Below are positions 38,598 to 49,823 of a stretch of 64,000 nucleotides of DNA, piece by piece. Location: positions 21,090,098-21,154,097 of the forward strand of contig NC_083409.1 in NCBI RefSeq assembly GCF_020745735.1, read 5' to 3'. The translations under genes and the position numbers were made by a program. Origin of the DNA: Hemiscyllium ocellatum. Its lineage: Eukaryota. Under the pieces are notes generated by a model. It did no database searches, was not told the origin of the DNA, and worked only from the letters and a program-made list of their open reading frames with translations. The stretch's first letter is position 1; the number at the start of each line of letters is the position of its first letter.

Positions 38598-38725
38598 TTC
38601 CTGATGAAGGGTTTTGCCTGAAACGTCGACTTTCCTGCACCTCGGATGCTGCCTGCCCTGCTGTGCTCTTCCAGCACCACTCTAATCTAGAATCTAGTTT
38701 CTAGCAGCTGCAGTTCTTGTTTTTA
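38598..38725 (+). mobile_element. PLE terminus (family B) with hammerhead motif
   Basis: ttc CTGATGA A GGG ttttg CCT GAAACGTC gac, then the tail cctcggatgctgcctgccctgctgtgctcttccagcaccac. Confidence 0.7.
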
Positions 38726-39324
38726 CCTAGCAATGTTCTCAGTGTAGTTAAAAATACTGCCTAAATTAGATACCAATGTTTGATCAGTAACCAGGTCTTA
38801 CAAATTCATCTTCAGTCAGAGCATGACCCAGGGAGCATTGTATGGACATGGAGTGTCAGAATCACATGGTGTTGCTTATGGTGCTGGCATCTGGCATGTC
38901 CCCCAGACTCCATACATTTGCTCCCTGGTCCAGACGCTGTGTGAAAATGTTCACAATTGACAGATTTCTGCAGCATCTTGCGTCTCCCAGTGAATCCTCT
39001 GAAATTATATCCAATAAGTGTAACTTCACATTCACCAGTATCAAAATAAAATTGTGCCTGCCTGTGGATGGTGAGATATTAATACATGTATCTGAAGAGA
39101 CAAGGAGCTAACAACAAACCAAACCCCAGTTTAATAACTGAACTTGGTGGATTTTGTCTGGTCTAGATAACCACACATATTGTGCTGACACTCAGCTGAC
39201 TGTAACCATGCACACCATAACTGGAAGTCTTGGCCTAACGCCCCTTCCAGCTTCCCGACCTCACACACCTCACTCCCTGACACATTCACCAACTGATGAG
39301 AATCCACCAGCTGACAGAAACTTG

Positions 39325-40880
39325 GAACATAGAACAGTTCAGCACAATAAGAGCCCTTCATCCCTCAATGCTTTGCCTACCTTTTATCCTACTCTAAGAT
39401 CAGACTAACCTACATAACCTTCAATGCACTAGCTTCCATGTGCCTATCCAAGAATCTTCTTAATTATCTCTAATGTATCTGACTCTACTTCCATCACTGG
39501 CGGTGCATTCCACCCACCCACCACTCTCTGTGAAAAGGTCCTACCTCTGACATCTCCCCTAAACCTTCCTCCAATCACCTTAAAATTATGCTCCTTGTTG
39601 ATAGCCATTTCCACCATGGGAAAAGACTCTGGCTTTCCAATCTTTTCCCTCAACATCTTGTATATCTCGATCAAGTCAGCTGTCATTCTTCTTTGCTCCA
39701 GGGAACAAAGCCCTAGCTCCCTAAAACTTTCTTCCTAAGAGATGCCCTCCAGTCCCGGCAGCATCCTGGCAAATCTCCTCTGCACACTTGCTGAGGCTTC
39801 CACATGTTTCCTATAATGAGGCAACCAGAACTGAACACAATATTCCAAGCTTGAACCACAGCTTTATAGAGCTAAGCAATAACCTTTCCGCTCTTAAACT
39901 CAATACCCCTGCTAATGAAAGCCAAGACACCATACAATTTCTTAACAACTCTGTCAACTTTGGTGGCAACTTTATGGGATCTATGGATGCAGACCCCAAG
40001 ATACCTCTGTTCATCTCCATTGCCAAGAATTCTGCCTTTAACTATGTATTCTGAAGGCAAATGCATCCTTCTAAAATAAATCACTTCACACTTTTTAAGG
40101 TTGAACCTTATCTGCCATTTATTAGCCTAGCGCTGCATCCTGTCAATGTCCTGTTGCAACCTACAGCAGCCATCCACACAATCCACAACTCCATCAACCT
40201 GCATGTCACCGGTAAACTTACTAACCCACCATTCCACTTCCTCAGCAAAGTCATTTATAAAAAGTAAAGAGCAAAGGTCCCAGATCCAATCCCTGTGTAA
40301 TACCACTGCTCACTGAGCTCCAGGCTGAATACTTCCCATCTGCTTCCACTCTCTGTCTTCTATGGGCCAGCCACGTCCGTATCCAGAGAGCCAGATTTCC
40401 CTGCATCCCATGCCTCCCTACCTTCTGAATGAGCCTACAATGGGGAACCTTATCAAATACCTTGCTAAAATTCATGTTCACCACATCTACCGGTCTACCT
40501 TCATCAACATGTTCTTTTCACATCTTCAAACAATTCAATATTGTTTGAAAGGCATGGCCTGCTCTTCAAAAAGCCATGCTGACTACCTCTAATCAAACTA
40601 TCGTTTTCTAAGTAAGTGTAAATCCTGTCTCTCAGAAGCTTCTCCAATAATTCACCCATCATTGATGTAAGTCTGACTGTTCTGTCATTCCCAGAGTTAT
40701 CCCTATTCCCTTCCGTGAACAAGGGAATAACATTTTCCACTCTGCAATCATCTGGCACTACTCCAGTGGACAGTAAGGCCGCAAAGATTATCATCAAAGT
40801 CACACAAATGTCTTCCGTCACCTCCTGGAGTAATCTCGTGTACATCCCATCTGACACAGGAGATTTTTTTCCATCCTTAT
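39325..40880 (-). mobile_element. CR1 RT and 3' end remnant
   Basis: GMYTRLLQEV, QHGFLKSRPCLSNNIELFE, MNFSKVFDKVPH, VFSQRVVGGWN-like segment; tail ggaacatagaacag. Confidence 0.9.
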
Positions 40881-41039
40881 GTTTGTATTTCAATCAATCT
40901 GTATTTCCCATCAACTTGTCGACCAATTGATTGATTGCTTTCCTTTTCAGTGCAATATACAGTGCTGCTTTCCTGAGCAAGTATGGTTCCCAACGTCCTG
41001 CGAATCACGGAACCAAAGAAAAAGGAATGCACCAATGCT

Positions 41040-41160
41040 TTTTCTGATAAAGAGCTCATGCCCGAACTATCGACTTTCCTGCTCCTCGGATGCTGCCTGA
41101 CTTGCTGTACTTTTCCAGCACCACACTTTTCAACTCTGATCTCCATCAACTGCAGTCCCC
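41040..41160 (+). mobile_element. PLE terminus (family B), degenerate hammerhead
   Basis: ctgataaagagctcatgcccgaactatcgactttcctgctcctcggatgctgcctgac. Confidence 0.65.
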
Positions 41161-41419
41161 AGTTTCTCCATTACTGAGGGCTGTCCTTTCTGCACACTGA
41201 CGGGGCTAATTAACCATCAGAAACTCATTGTAAATGGAGCTGACTGCTCAGTTCTAGAAAATTGCGCTTGATGAATACATTATTTTGTAAGAAAGAAAAT
41301 TCAACTCAACAAATATTCATTCAGTCCCAGAGTTACAATTTTGGTTCGTGGTTTGGGCAGCCTGATAACAAATAGTGAATTATTGAGGAGCTCCGATGCA
41401 CAGAGTATTCCAGGTGTTA

Positions 41420-41750
41420 TATTCCAGCTAACGTTAATGCTGGGAGTATTATCAGACAGACTGCTGTGATAATGGTATGAGTTGACATGTGGACGTGGAA
41501 TATTTTTGCCATCACAGAGATGTGTTTGAAGGAGGTCAGGGCTAGCAACTCAGTATTCTATTGTACTGGAACGATAGGCAGGACTGGAGAGGGTGTTAAT
41601 GAGGAGGAGGCATTGTTAATTAAGGAAGAGTTGCTGCAGTAAGGAGGGACAATATCTTGGACGTATCTTCAAATGAGGCTTTATGGGTCGAGGTGAGGGT
41701 CCGAACAATGACAGACACACTGCTGAAGATGTTATAGAGCCCAAGGAAGA
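41420..41750 (+). mobile_element. CR1 APE N-terminal fragment
   Basis: aatgctgggagtatt..., gccatcacagagatgtg, gaggcattgttaattaagga (decayed NA.SI / AITETW / GGVALLIK). Confidence 0.6.
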
Positions 41751-41778
41751 TGAAAGTATAAATTAGATTTTTTTTAAA

Positions 41779-42066
41779 ATTACATTACTTACAGTGTGGA
41801 AACAGGCCCTTCGGGCCAACAAGCCCACACCGACCCGCAACCCACCCATTCCCCTTACCTAACACTACAGGCAATTTAGCATGGCCAATTCACCTGAATC
41901 GCACATCTTTGGACTGTGGGAGGAAACCGGAGCACCGGGAGGAAACCCACGCAGAGAACGTGCAAACTCCACACAGTCAGTCGCCTGAGTCGGGAATTGA
42001 ACGCGGGTCTCAGGCGCTGTGAGGTAACAGTGCTTGCCACTGTGCCACTGTGCCACCGTGCCGCCC
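41779..42066 (-). mobile_element. HE1-like V-SINE (young)
   Basis: ttacttacagtgtggaaacaggccc...gtgccaccgtgccgccc. Confidence 0.95.
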
Positions 42067-42109
42067 ACGTAGGAGCAGATATATAACCAATTCACTGAGG
42101 TGTGAAGGA

Positions 42110-42240
42110 TGGTGATATTACAGGGATAGGAAAGCAAAGCTGGAGATATTACAGAAATCGGAAAGAAAGGCTGGAGATGTTACAGAGATAGAAAAGGAAG
42201 GCTGGAGTTTTTACAGAGATGCAAAAGCAAGCCTGGAGAT
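42110..42240. repeat. Degenerate 31-bp tandem repeat, ~4 units
   Basis: tggagatattacagaaatcggaaagaaaggc-type unit; tgg(a/t)g anchors at 42110, 42141, 42172, 42203 and 42234. Confidence 0.75.
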
Positions 42241-44244
42241 GGGCGAGAGATAACGTGGCCTGTGCAGGCTAGAACATGTTACAGAGATATTTTATAATTC
42301 ATTCACAGGATATGGGGAGAGGTTTAGCAGCTGGATATCAGAGAAATAGGGAGTGGTGTAGGCGCTGGCAGAATTTACAGTGATAGTATGAGATAAAGAT
42401 TGTGGAGATAGAGGGTTACTGAGATACAAATAGATGTAGCGGCTGGAGGAGATGACCGAGAAAGATACGGGGATACATGTAGATAGTTTAGAAACGGAAT
42501 TATGCAATGTCTTAATAGAAAATAATATTTGTAGAAATCTGTGGAATAGACAAGGCAGTTGGAGGAACTGAAGGAGTTAGACTTGGACTGTCCAATCAAA
42601 AGAGTCATAGAATGAGTGTCATACAGTTCAGAAGAGGCCATTTAGTTGATAGTGACAAAAATTAAAAACACTGCAGACACTGGAAATCCCTCCTTCCTAA
42701 CGTTTGGGGATTAGGGCGAGATGTGGGAGAGGCATCCAACAGACTCCTCAAGCAACAATGTGACATAACGAAACCTCACGGTGTCAGATCAAACACTGAA
42801 ACAGAAACCACTTGCTGACTCCCTTCCCTCAGCTGATGGATCAGTTTCCCTCTACATTGAACAGCACTCGGAATGAATGAGCTGGAGAATGTATACTGGG
42901 TGGGCCATTTCAAACCCACCAGCAACAATGCCTCAGCAGCGGCATTATTGATCGAGATTGTCGGATCCAAAAGGACATAGCTGCTGGACTGGGGCTGCAC
43001 CGGATCGAGAGGGTACGACTGACAAGGAGAAACATACTTGACCTCATCCTCACCAAATTACTGGCTGCAGGCACATTGATCAAAGACAATATTGGGAACG
43101 GTGACAGGGCATATATTATTCCTATCGAGAAAGTCCCACTTTTACATTGTCAATAGTGTGTAAGTGTGTGTGTGTAGATATACATACACGCATAAGCGCA
43201 CATGTGAGAGATACTATCACCATGCTAAACAGGACATTTTTCAAAGAGATTGAGAACTCAGCACTGGCCTGTTTGAGGTGATTCGGATCATTACAATTTT
43301 CACTGTCACTGCCTGGCATTTGCTCCACTTTACCCTGACCATCAGGCCAGGGGATAAACCCTTGTTCAATGAGGAACACAGGAGGACCGGTCAAGAGCAG
43401 CACCAGGTATACCTCATAATGAGGTGACGTTACCAAACAGGGCCACTGACTTACCAAATAGCGTAAACAGCCAGCGACAGACAGATCTAACCAACAAATC
43501 AGACATAATTTCTGCAATCGTGTCACATGCAATCAGTGTGAATTGCGTGGTCAATTAAACAACTCACTGGAGGAGTAGGGTCCACAAATATCTCCTTCCT
43601 CAACGATGAAAGGACTCAGCAGAACAATATAAAAGCTAAGGCTGAAACATTCACAACAATGTTCAGACCGAAGTGTCGAAGGGATGATCTATTTTAGTCT
43701 TCTCCAGATGGCAGTAATCAGGTAAGTCTATTCACTGTGTGTGGTAACTCCAAACGGCTGGGGGGATGGGGAATGCAAAGGCTGTGGGCCCTGAGAACAT
43801 TCCATTCAAGCTGTTACTGCTGGGATACAGCACTGGCACCTACCTGACAATGTAGGAAACTATCCTGTGTGTCCCAACATTAATAAAGTGATGGAAGATG
43901 CCATCTACAGTGGGATCAAGCAGCACTGCCTCAGCTCCAACCTGCTCACTGAAGCTCAGTTTGTGCTCTCATCCCTTGGGCTCATTGAAGCCTTGGTTTA
44001 AAGATGCACAATAGGAAGAATTCTAGAGGTGAGGTGACAGTGACTGCGCTTAACATCATCATTACTGCATTTGACCAAGTGTCATATCCTGGACTAACAG
44101 CAAAACTGGAGCAAATAGGAATTGTCTGCAGTTATACCTGGTACAAAGGAAGGTGGCTGGGGTTGGTGGAGAGCAGCCATCTCCACAGCAGCCCCCCAGT
44201 GGAGGGGTTTCTGAGTAAACCTGTAGATCACCAGACCCGAACAG

Positions 44245-44445
44245 GGTGATAGGGTTGTTCTCTTGTTAGATAGATGCGACTAGCGGCAGTTTAACTGGAC
44301 AGTAAACATGACTCAAGCAAGGGAGAGATTGAGTAAGACAGCCCATTTCAGACACCTCATTCAGGGCAGGAACTGAACCCACACTGTTGGCATTAATCTG
44401 CATTACAAACTAGCCGTCCAACTGATTGAGCCAACTAAGTCCTCG
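44245..44445 (-). mobile_element. tRNA-derived SINE family C (unnamed)
   Basis: Minus strand head ttggctcaatcagttgg..gggttcagttcct (A/B-box-like); a related 3' part lies at ~51370-51505. Confidence 0.5.
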
Positions 44446-44939
44446 CTCAGCTCCTTGGGGAAGATACTGCAACATTATTCTGTTCATATATGTTGTTAGA
44501 CACCTCTAGAGCAGGTGGAACTCGAAGTAAGCTTCCTCGCTCAGAGGGAGGGAGAGCATCAGTGAGCTGTAAGAGTGCTCTCTGCCCTCAGCCCAATAAT
44601 TTTCAGCTGCTTCATAACTGACCACCCCTACACAAGTAAAGTCACAACTGGGGATGTTTGCCAATGATTGGACAATGTTCAGCAACATTCGTGATTTACT
44701 CAGATACTGAAGCAGTCCTTGCCCAAATTCAATAAGTCCTGGAACTACGCAGGCGTGTGCTTAACAGTGACAAGGGCCACTTCCATTACATACGTGCCAG
44801 ACAACAATTACCTCTAACAATAGAACAGTGTACGATATCCTTTAATGTTCAATGCCACTACCATCACTGAACACCCACCTAGCAATATCCCGCGGATTAC
44901 CGTTAACCAGAACTGGACTGACCATATAATTTCATTACC

Positions 44940-45030
44940 CAGTTCTGTGAAGAACTAATGCTAAAACGTTGACTCTCCTGTTCCTCAGGTGCTGCCTGAC
45001 CTGTTGTGCTTTTCCAGCGCCACACGTTGA
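44940..45030 (+). mobile_element. PLE terminus (family B), strongly degenerate
   Basis: aaaacgttgactctcctgttcctcaggtgctgcctgacctgttgtgcttttccagc. Confidence 0.6.
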
Positions 45031-45900
45031 GATATATTAATTCAGTGGCTTCAAGAATATGTCAGGGGCAAGAAATCCAGTAAGAATGACTCACCTCAAA
45101 ATTTTGGAAAGCCTGTCTCCCATCAAAAAGACACATGTTGAATGTGTGTGTGATTAAATACCTCCATTTGCCTGTATGACTGCAGCTTCACCCCTCATCC
45201 ACTGACACTCAGAAGCAGCAATGTCTGCCATCTACACGGTGCTCTGTAACACTGTACCAAGGCTCCTTACAACGTACCTCTGAAACCACGACCGTCAAGA
45301 AGGACAAGGGAAGCAGATGCATGGGACCACTATGTTCGCGTTCCAATCCAAGCTATCTACCGAGCTGATCGGAAAGTATATTGCCATTCTTTCAGTGTCA
45401 CTGTTTCAAGTTCCCTCCCTAATGTCATTGTAAGTCTGCCTACAGCACATGGGCTGCAGCGGGTCAATGTGACAGCTCACCCTCACCTTCTCAAGGGCAA
45501 CAAGGGACGGGCAATAAATACTGGCCTTATCATATTCCATGAATAAATTAATATGAAAAATATTATCCAGACCCGCCCAGGATTTGAAAAATATTATCCA
45601 GACCTACAGATCTGGACACTGTGCTTTGGGTTTTGTGAGCTGTGGCTGGTTGGGTCCAGGCAGTAACTTATTTGGTGTGAACCGTTGAAGAAATATGCTG
45701 TTTGAAACAATCAGACAATCTCTCAGGGCATGGCCTACATACCAAGCATCACACAGACACTGACATTCACATCCCATATTACTGAGCTCTGAGATAGACA
45801 GAGGCAATTGAAAATATATTCATGTCTGACTAATATGTTTAAACACACAGTGATGTTATAGCCGCGAAAATGATTATGAGTGAATATTAGCAGGAGGTAA

Positions 45901-46325
45901 GTGAGGACTGCAGATGCTGGAGATCAGAGTCAGAAAGTGTGGTTCTAAAAAAACACAGGCTTTCAGGCAACATCTGAGGAGCAGGAGAGTCGACTATTAG
46001 TTCACAATATTAGTACAAGAGAAAAGAATTGTATATTTTAAAATTCCTTGTACTTAATAATAATTTGGTCTTGGGTTTGGGAATGAGATCTATCATTCAA
46101 TGTTCCTTACTATGGGTTGTGCGCTGTTTTCATCATAATGTTGTTATGAAAGTGAACGGAATAAAGGGGGGATATAATGCTTATTGCTGAAATTCAGGAA
46201 TTCCTGAAGAAGGGCTTATGCCCGAAATGTTGAATCTTCTGTTCCTTGGATGCTGCCTGACTTGCTGCGCTTTTCCAGCAACACATTTTCAGCTCTGATC
46301 TCCAGCATCTGCAGACCTCACTTTC
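45901..46325. mobile_element. Two inverted family B PLE tails flanking ~200 bp; hammerhead on the right arm
   Basis: 45901-45993 is the reverse complement of ~46232-46323. Hammerhead attc CTGAAGA A GGGC ttat GCCC GAAATGTT gaat at 46200-46235. Confidence 0.7.
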
Positions 46326-47584
46326 TCCACATAGAATGTTTATTGGACAATGTAAAAGTTGATATTATGAAAGTCAATCAAAACTTCAGTAAACAGACTT
46401 TGCTATTAATGGTTAGAACAAGGCTGAAAACAGTTACACAGACATTTCCAGCTCAAGCCACACACAAAATCATTGGACTGGGATGATGCTGGCCATCAAT
46501 GGAGCTGTACTATTCTGTATGGATACTGACATTGTGGAGCTAACATACATTGGATATGGTTTATAAGGGATTCAATGTAAGATGCCAAGTGCTGCAGGAG
46601 TCCATCACCTTTATAACACCTTCATTCAGGATCGGGTCCAAGGTGCAGAATTAGAGAGTTAGGGGCCATATCAGAAGGAACATACTTGCAAGACATGGCT
46701 GTTTACACGTCATTGTTACAAATGTTCAATTGCGTCTGGATCAGTACCATGTGCTAGTCCATTGACCAGTTTCCCCCACTCACATCTCCCCGTTGTTCAG
46801 GTATGTCTCTAACCAGTCTATTGTGAGGGATTATGTCAGTAACTACCCAGCTCCACTTTGGAAACTCACTGGACAGACTCTGGAGATGGCCAGTGTTTTG
46901 GAGGTCATGGTGAGGCTCAGTAATACTGTGTCTGAATTCAGGCTTTTCCTCAAAGTCATTTTCAACAGCTATGCTGCCTGCAAGATGGTGTGTTCACTGA
47001 TCTGAACATGAATCGGCTGGTTACTACAGTCACTGAATTGTGTAATGGTTAGCTGTGCGCTCTGGTAATTCAATTATTGTTCACTTCAATTGTTTTCAAT
47101 TGAAAAATGATGATATCTTGGTTTATTTTAAAATATGTACGAAACAAAGTAATATTAACTCCTCATTTTACAAAATGTAAAAGTGACCTGTTCTAAATAT
47201 CCCACAGACTATTCAAACAACAGTCAGATATTATCTGTAAAGCAGGATTCTAAGAACAGGACTAATACCAGGAAACATCACCACCCTATCTGTTAGGGTC
47301 TATCTGATTGACAGGACAAACCAGGCAGGGGGGACAGCTCCGTGGTATATAGTCAGGATCGTGTTCATCATTGATGCTGGATACTGTGGCTGCTAGACTG
47401 CTTTGCGGCAGGCTATGAGGGAATCAATAAAAGGGAAACATATAATTGACAGCATTGTCACCGAACTGCCTATTGCAGATAGACGTCTCCATTTCATACA
47501 TCGGTAAGAATGGTCACTGCACAGCCCTGATGGGGAACAAGGGCTACCTTCACATTTTCCAGACTCCCCTCACCATGATATGGT

Positions 47585-47895
47585 GGGTGGCACGGTGGCA
47601 CAGTGGTTAGCACTGCTGCCTCACAGCGCCTGTAGACCCGGGTTCAATTCCCGACTCAGGCGACTGACTGTGTGGAGTTTGCACGTTCTCCCCGTGTCTG
47701 CGTGGGTTTCCTCCGGGTGCTCCGGTTTCCTCCCACAGTCACAAAGATGTGCGGGTCAGGTGAATTGGCCATGCTAAATTGCCCATAGTGTTAGGTAAGG
47801 GGTAAATGTAGGGGTATGGATGGGTTGCGCTTCGGCGGGTCGGTGTGGACTTGTTGGGCCGAAGGGCCTGTTTCCACACTGTAAGTCTAATCTAA
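47585..47895 (+). mobile_element. Full-length HE1-like V-SINE (young)
   Basis: A/B boxes, V-domain and tail gtaagtctaatctaa. Confidence 0.95.
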
Positions 47896-48032
47896 TATGC
47901 AGCCCCCAGACACTGAATGGTAAGAACTTTAAACAGATCGAGAAACTAACGATAATGCATCCGTGCAGTGCAAAGAGCCATTGGCAGGAGCATAATTATA
48001 ATCTGTACAACTCATACAGTCTGCAACCTCAG

Positions 48033-48714
48033 AGCCCAACATACCTCCCACTGTACAGTAGATATCATGGCCCGACATACCTCGCACTGTACAGTAACCA
48101 CACAGCCATACATACCTCCTACTGTACAGTAACCATCACAGCCCGACATATCTCCCAGTTTACAGTAACCGTCACGGCCCGACATACCTCCCACTGTACA
48201 GTAACCATCACGGCCAGACGTACATCCCACTGTACAGTAACCATCACGGCCAGACATAACTCCCACTGTACAGTAACCATCACAGCCCGACATACCTCCC
48301 ACTGTACAGTAACCATCACGGCCACACGTACATCCCACTGTACAGTAACCATCACAGCCCGACATACCTCCCACTGTACAGTAACCATCACGGCCACACG
48401 TACATCCCACTGTACAGTAACCATCACAGCCCGACATACCTCCCACTGTACAGCAACCATCACGGCCAGACAAATCTCCCACTGTACAGTAACCATCACA
48501 GCCAGACACACCTCCTACTGTACAGTAACTGTCACAGCCTGACATACCTCCCACTGCACAGTAACCATCACGGCCAGATATACCTCACACTGTACAGTAA
48601 CTATCACAGCCCGACATACCTCCTACTGCACAATAACCGTTACGGCCCGACATATCTCCCTCTGTACAGTAACCATCACGGCCCGACATACCCCCCACTG
48701 ACCAGTAACCATCA
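48033..48714. repeat. 36-bp minisatellite, ~19 units
   Basis: Unit gacatacctcccactgtacagtaaccatcac(a/g)gcc(c/a); most units contain the palindrome ACTGTACAGT. Confidence 0.95.
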
Positions 48715-49598
48715 AGCCAGTGAACAACTCTGGGTCAGTGATGAATGCAGAAGAACATGCTGGGAGCAGCACCAGCCAGACCTAGAGACGAGGGACAACC
48801 TGGAGAAACTCTTACTGCCGTCAGCTGCAAAACGGGACGATTATTGTATTCTGACAGCACAAGCAGCAAGTGATGGACAGAGCTAAGTGATTCCACTATC
48901 AATGGTTCAGATCTATCCCTGCAGTCCCTCCACTTCTAGTTATAAAAGATAGTGGATAATGAAAGAGACCACTGGAGGAGGAGGCTGCTGCTCTCCAACA
49001 ATGAAATCCCCAATTATTGGGGAACCCTGCACATCAGGAATAAAATAAAGCAGGTGCATTTGTAACAACTTCCAGCCACATGGGCTGAGCAGATGATCCA
49101 TTCCAGGCCCCTTCAGTAGGCCCCAGCATCACTGACCCCAATCTTCAGACAATTCGATTCACTCCACACAATGTCAAGAAATGGCTGGAGAGTCTGGAAA
49201 GATTGCCAATTCTCTAACCAAGCTGTTCCATTCCATCAAAAACACTGACACCAACCAACAATGTGATAAACTGCCCGAGAGTGTTCTATGAACAATACAC
49301 AGGGCCGTTGCATTGTAGCCAGTAACTAACCCATCGGTGTAAGGTCTACCTTGGAAATGTGAAGGAAGGTGTCAGCAATAATGGGGTCAATCAGCAATAA
49401 CCTGCTCAGTGCTCGTGTCCCCTCAGGTTCATGCAGATCCTAAATCCATTGCAAGCTCAATTCAAAAGAAGGGAACTTCAAAGGGATAGTGAGAGTAATT
49501 ACTTTTCACATCATGGCACCATTTACCTGGGTGTGACAATAGGAGCCCGAGTAAAACGATAATTAATCGGAGTCTGAGTGAAGTAGTCTCCTGGTTGG

Positions 49599-49823
49599 AA
49601 TTATCCCCAGCAACAATAATGCCTGCTGTCAGTGTGAGTAATTATCCCCAGCAAAAATAATGCCTGTTGTCAGTGCGAGCAATTGTAACCAGCAACAATA
49701 ATGCCTGCTGTCAGTGTGAGTAATTATCCCCAGCAACAATAATGCCTGCGGTCAGTGTGAGTAATTATCCCCAGCAACAATAACGCATGCAGACAGTGTT
49801 TGTAACTAACCTCAGCAACAATA
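49599..49823. repeat. 41-bp minisatellite, ~5.5 units
   Basis: Unit aattatccccagcaacaataatgcctgctgtcagtgtgagt. Confidence 0.95.

Larger units (their letters stand above)
42760..45545 (+). mobile_element. Decayed L2/CR1-clade LINE (APE to 3' end) with nested insertions
   Basis: ggagaaacatacttgacctcatcctcaccaa (G.NILDLILT), RT remnants, and 3' end caagggcaacaagggacgggcaataaatactggcc. Confidence 0.65.
47270..49430 (+). mobile_element. Second decayed copy of the L2/CR1-clade LINE, containing an HE1 SINE and the 36-bp minisatellite
   Basis: 48700-49100 aligns by eye to 43330-43600 (accatca(a/g)gccag...gagcagcaccag...actggagga). Confidence 0.55.

Noticed and set aside
45846-45873. CACAGTG heptamers (also at ~14170, ~24793, and CACTGTG at 31622)
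   Set aside because: No acceptable nonamer at 12 or 23 bp and no adjoining V/J coding sequence; other heptamers lie inside SINE heads.
47820-48554. 240, 180 and 130 aa repetitive ORFs (TSHCTVTITARH etc.)
   Set aside because: A 36-bp unit keeps frame, so ORFs are open on both strands. They are a by-product of the minisatellite.
48033-48714. Regular repeat array resembling CRISPR
   Set aside because: Units are contiguous with no unique spacers, there are no cas genes, and the context is vertebrate.
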